Source: Ramazzottius varieornatus
Taxonomy: Eukaryota; Animalia; Tardigrada
Assembly: GCA_001949185.1 (NCBI GenBank)
Contig: BDGG01000002.1
Coordinates: forward strand, 6,500,448 to 6,564,447
Direction: 5' to 3'
DNA length: 64,000 bases
Shown here: piece after piece, positions 61,246 to 64,000 of the stretch
Layout: each line of letters begins with the position of its first letter
Numbering within the stretch: the stretch's first letter is position 1
Notes under the pieces: model-generated
Database searches by the model: none
What the model was told of the DNA's origin: nothing
Seen by the model: the letters and a program-made list of their open reading frames with translations, nothing else
Position numbers and translations under genes: made by a program

Positions 61246-62938
61246 TCTTTAGAGTACGGGTTGTTCAGTTTTCTTTGTGTTTGCTCGATGTTCTTCGACG
61301 ATAGCTGAAAACAGAATAAAAAATACTGCAGCATCTGGCTACTGTTGGTGTGGCTATAAGCCATGATCATCGCGATGGATCATAAAAGCAGCAGCCATAG
61401 CCTCAATACGACTTTGCAAGAAGTTAGGTTAGAAGCCACTATCTCGTTTCGGAAGATGACGCACATGTACAGACTACCTTGCAAGGACAACGAAGAGCTA
61501 CACTTGATACTGACAAAGCCATGTCTGACTCTGACCATTACACAGACCGACAGAAGTTAGGATCACGACGTGGACAAGTCAAGTTCAACAACATTCAAAC
61601 CAATCTTTGCTCGCCGTCAGACACAGTGTAAACAATACAGTAGGAACCGCACTAAAAAGATTACCGGCGTCAATAAGTTTGACACTCAAAATACCATGGC
61701 CAGTATGTCCCGCAGTGCATAATGGGCAAGGCGGTTTTGCGAAGAACCCAGAAGACTCATGAGATCCATACGTAGAAAGAACGTTTCAGAAAGTTGGGCA
61801 TGCTTGCGCACTTACTTCCGTAACCAGGACTCGTCAGGATCCCTAGACTTCGGCTCCGCAAGACGGGAACGGATCGACGTAGTCCAATCCTGAGTGGTAT
61901 CAGAACTGCCAAAAACAAGGGAATAAGATGGATGTAATCCGAGAATAACGCAGAAAAGTTGTATGTGGATCAATTAGCATTCATCTGAGACCAAAATTAG
62001 CAGTAGGTGTGTCCCATCGAAGGTCCGCAAGATCAACAAAGTGACATACAGCACACATTGTGCCATATCTGTCAAGTTTTCAATACACGATGGGTTATTT
62101 TTACGGCGATCAATGAGCCGATGGCCGCTAACAGTTGCCATAAAATCGGAGGCGGACCTTGATGTGTAGTTATTCACGGTAAAAAAAAGAATAAAGTCGA
62201 GCTCCCAACAGGTTTTTACTGTATGTGAAGTTTTCGCACATACATTAAACCTAATCGACGTCAAAACAGCCGTGAATTCAACCTTTCCATGATTTAATTT
62301 AACAAACGTACTGTACGCTTGGTGCATCTCGGTCATTATGGCATACCTTGCAGCTCAGCAGTACCTCGAGCCTTGCTCGGGCCATGTGACCTTCGCTGAA
62401 ACCTTTCAAGCAAAGCAGCCATCGTAACGCTTGGTCACAAGTGCGTGCACGGTCCGGCAACCGGTACAGCTACCGGCACAGCCTCTCTGTATAGTGTAGT
62501 CAACGTCGAACTGTAAAAGCAAGACAAATTGAACACCTTGTTGTACATATACGTTGCTCGTGAAACGGTCAGATTCGAAAAGCTACTGACACTGTCCGGC
62601 AACGCGCTTCGTATGCGGGGAAGTTGACTGACCACTTCGACCAGTCTCTTGTGAAGTGCCATCTGTCGAAGAAGCTGGCCTTCCGCGTTTTCGCCGCAAA
62701 CAACGTCGACTCAATTCTGTCGGAGTGCTCGAAAACTTACCCTGGAATGTTCAAAGGAAGAATTATTCACTGTAAAATTACACAATGCGAAAATCGGACT
62801 ATTGTTACGGATACAGAACCGAAGTCCCCGGCTTAAAGACCAGAGATTACATGTTTAAGAATGTCTCATTTGTAGGCCAAATATAGACTAGCTCTTTACC
62901 ACTTTATCTGTAAGACCCGAAGGCGTTGAAACACTCAC

Positions 62939-63152
62939 CAGTGCTTTCGGCAACGAACTTCTGTATCCAAATATCATCGGCTATTCCGTGGCGCGAAAAG
63001 TAATTCGGAAACACTTCCGGCAGAGTAAAAGCGTAAAACTTTCTGTAACAGTATCTGCTCGTAATCAATAGCGGTGGTCACTCGTCATATAGGTTGCGCA
63101 CTACGAAATTCGACATTATCCTACCGTAGAGTAGTATTCTTCGCAAAAAGTT
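62939..63152. promoter_or_regulatory. Probable bidirectional promoter ABCG (-) / SDR (+)
   Basis: Minus-strand donor CTG|GTGAGT at ~62938; SDR ATG at 63153; ETS-like CACTTCCGG at ~63012. Confidence 0.45.
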
Positions 63153-63676
63153 ATGGAGGAGACTGGTGTACACGGGAAGATCATTCTGGTTACGGGAGCG
63201 TCGTCCGGTATCGGAGCAGCCACCTGCCGTCTTCTGGCGTCCAACGGAGCCACTGTGATTGGCGCTGCACGAAGAGAAGACCGTTTGAGGGTAAGTTACG
63301 TCAACGAGCGAGTCTGCTGACGAGCTCGCTAAAGTCTGGCACCCTCTTTCAGGATCTGGAACACGAAATAAACGCGTTGAATCGGGGAAAATTCCACGGT
63401 GATGAGCCCAATTAAGCTACTATAATGCCTTGTCTACCTGTAATGTTGTTCGGGGCTTCCGCGATGGCCCGTGTGATGTGCACGACTGTCGTCTAATGCT
63501 GATCCATCCGTGCAGGAATTAAATGTGATCTGACGCGAGAGCAGGATATTGAGGATATGTTTAGAGAAGTCGAGGAGCGATACCATCGTCTGGACTGCTT
63601 AATGGCTAACGCTGGTGTCCCGTTGCAAGGAGCGCTGCTGAACAATCACACCAAAGATTTACAACATATGATGCAG
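63153..63676 (+). CDS. Short-chain dehydrogenase/reductase, DHRS11/farnesol-dehydrogenase-like (5' part; continues past the window)
   Basis: Exons 63153-63290 (ILVTGASSGIGAA...GAARREDRL), 63353-63398, 63516-63676 (IKCDLT...LDCLMANAG). Missed by the ORF track. Confidence 0.9.
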
Positions 63677-63830
63677 GTAAGATGGTTCTCGAAATGCGCG
63701 TTGCCTCTTCTTCCGTCGAGATCCTAAGAGGAAGACAGAACGAAAGGATTTGAGAGCTAATGGTGAAGAAACTCGAAACGGAAGCGGGAAATTTTTCGAA
63801 CTGGGCATCATACTATCAGGTTGTGACATG

Positions 63831-63880
63831 GTATAACACGGTATAACACGGTATAACACGGTATAACACGGTATTACATG
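63831..63880. repeat. 10 bp minisatellite (GTATAACACG)x4 plus one degenerate unit
   Basis: Read directly from the sequence. Confidence 0.95.
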
Positions 63881-64000
63881 ACATGACATCAAGCACGCTC
63901 ACCCGTTGCTCCTTTTGCTGATAAAGTCAAAGTCTTCAAAGGGTTTCCGGTGGAGAACCGTTCTAATTTTTCTTCACGTTCTTCGACACATTAGGGATAT

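Noticed and set aside
63831-63880. CRISPR- or telomere-like array
   Set aside because: Simple intronic 10 bp tandem repeat with no spacers, in a eukaryotic context.

Overview
Gene-dense, intron-rich animal DNA with mostly 55-130 nt introns. The arthropod-like protein signatures and very compact layout suggest a small-genome ecdysozoan such as a tardigrade; this is an inference only. Genes in order: filamin/cheerio-like (-, runs off the left edge), MANSC+LDLa LRP11-like receptor (-), cytosolic IleRS (+), 3-Ig basigin/neuroplastin-like protein (+), a decayed duplicate of the IleRS 3' end plus basigin, plasma-membrane Ca2+-ATPase PMCA (+, alternative 3' exons), Rab10 (-), TEX264 (+), group II-like mGluR (+), an orphan secreted Gly/Ser-rich protein (+), an ABCG8-like half transporter with degenerate ATPase motifs (-), and the 5' part of a DHRS11-like SDR (+). 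Most notable: (1) the basigin/neuroplastin gene, whose family supplies the PMCA auxiliary subunit in mammals, is the intact gene immediately upstream of PMCA, lacks the hallmark transmembrane Glu and carries a glycosylated octapeptide repeat; (2) a ~120 bp palindromic element family has about 10 mostly intronic copies, and in at least one copy the arms appear to co-evolve; (3) filamin has a ~235 aa insertion with a repeated [10 protein letters not shown] motif; (4) a distal PMCA exon reads through an ETSL PDZ-like motif. Exon boundaries were read by eye from splice signals and frame continuity; no database searches were run.
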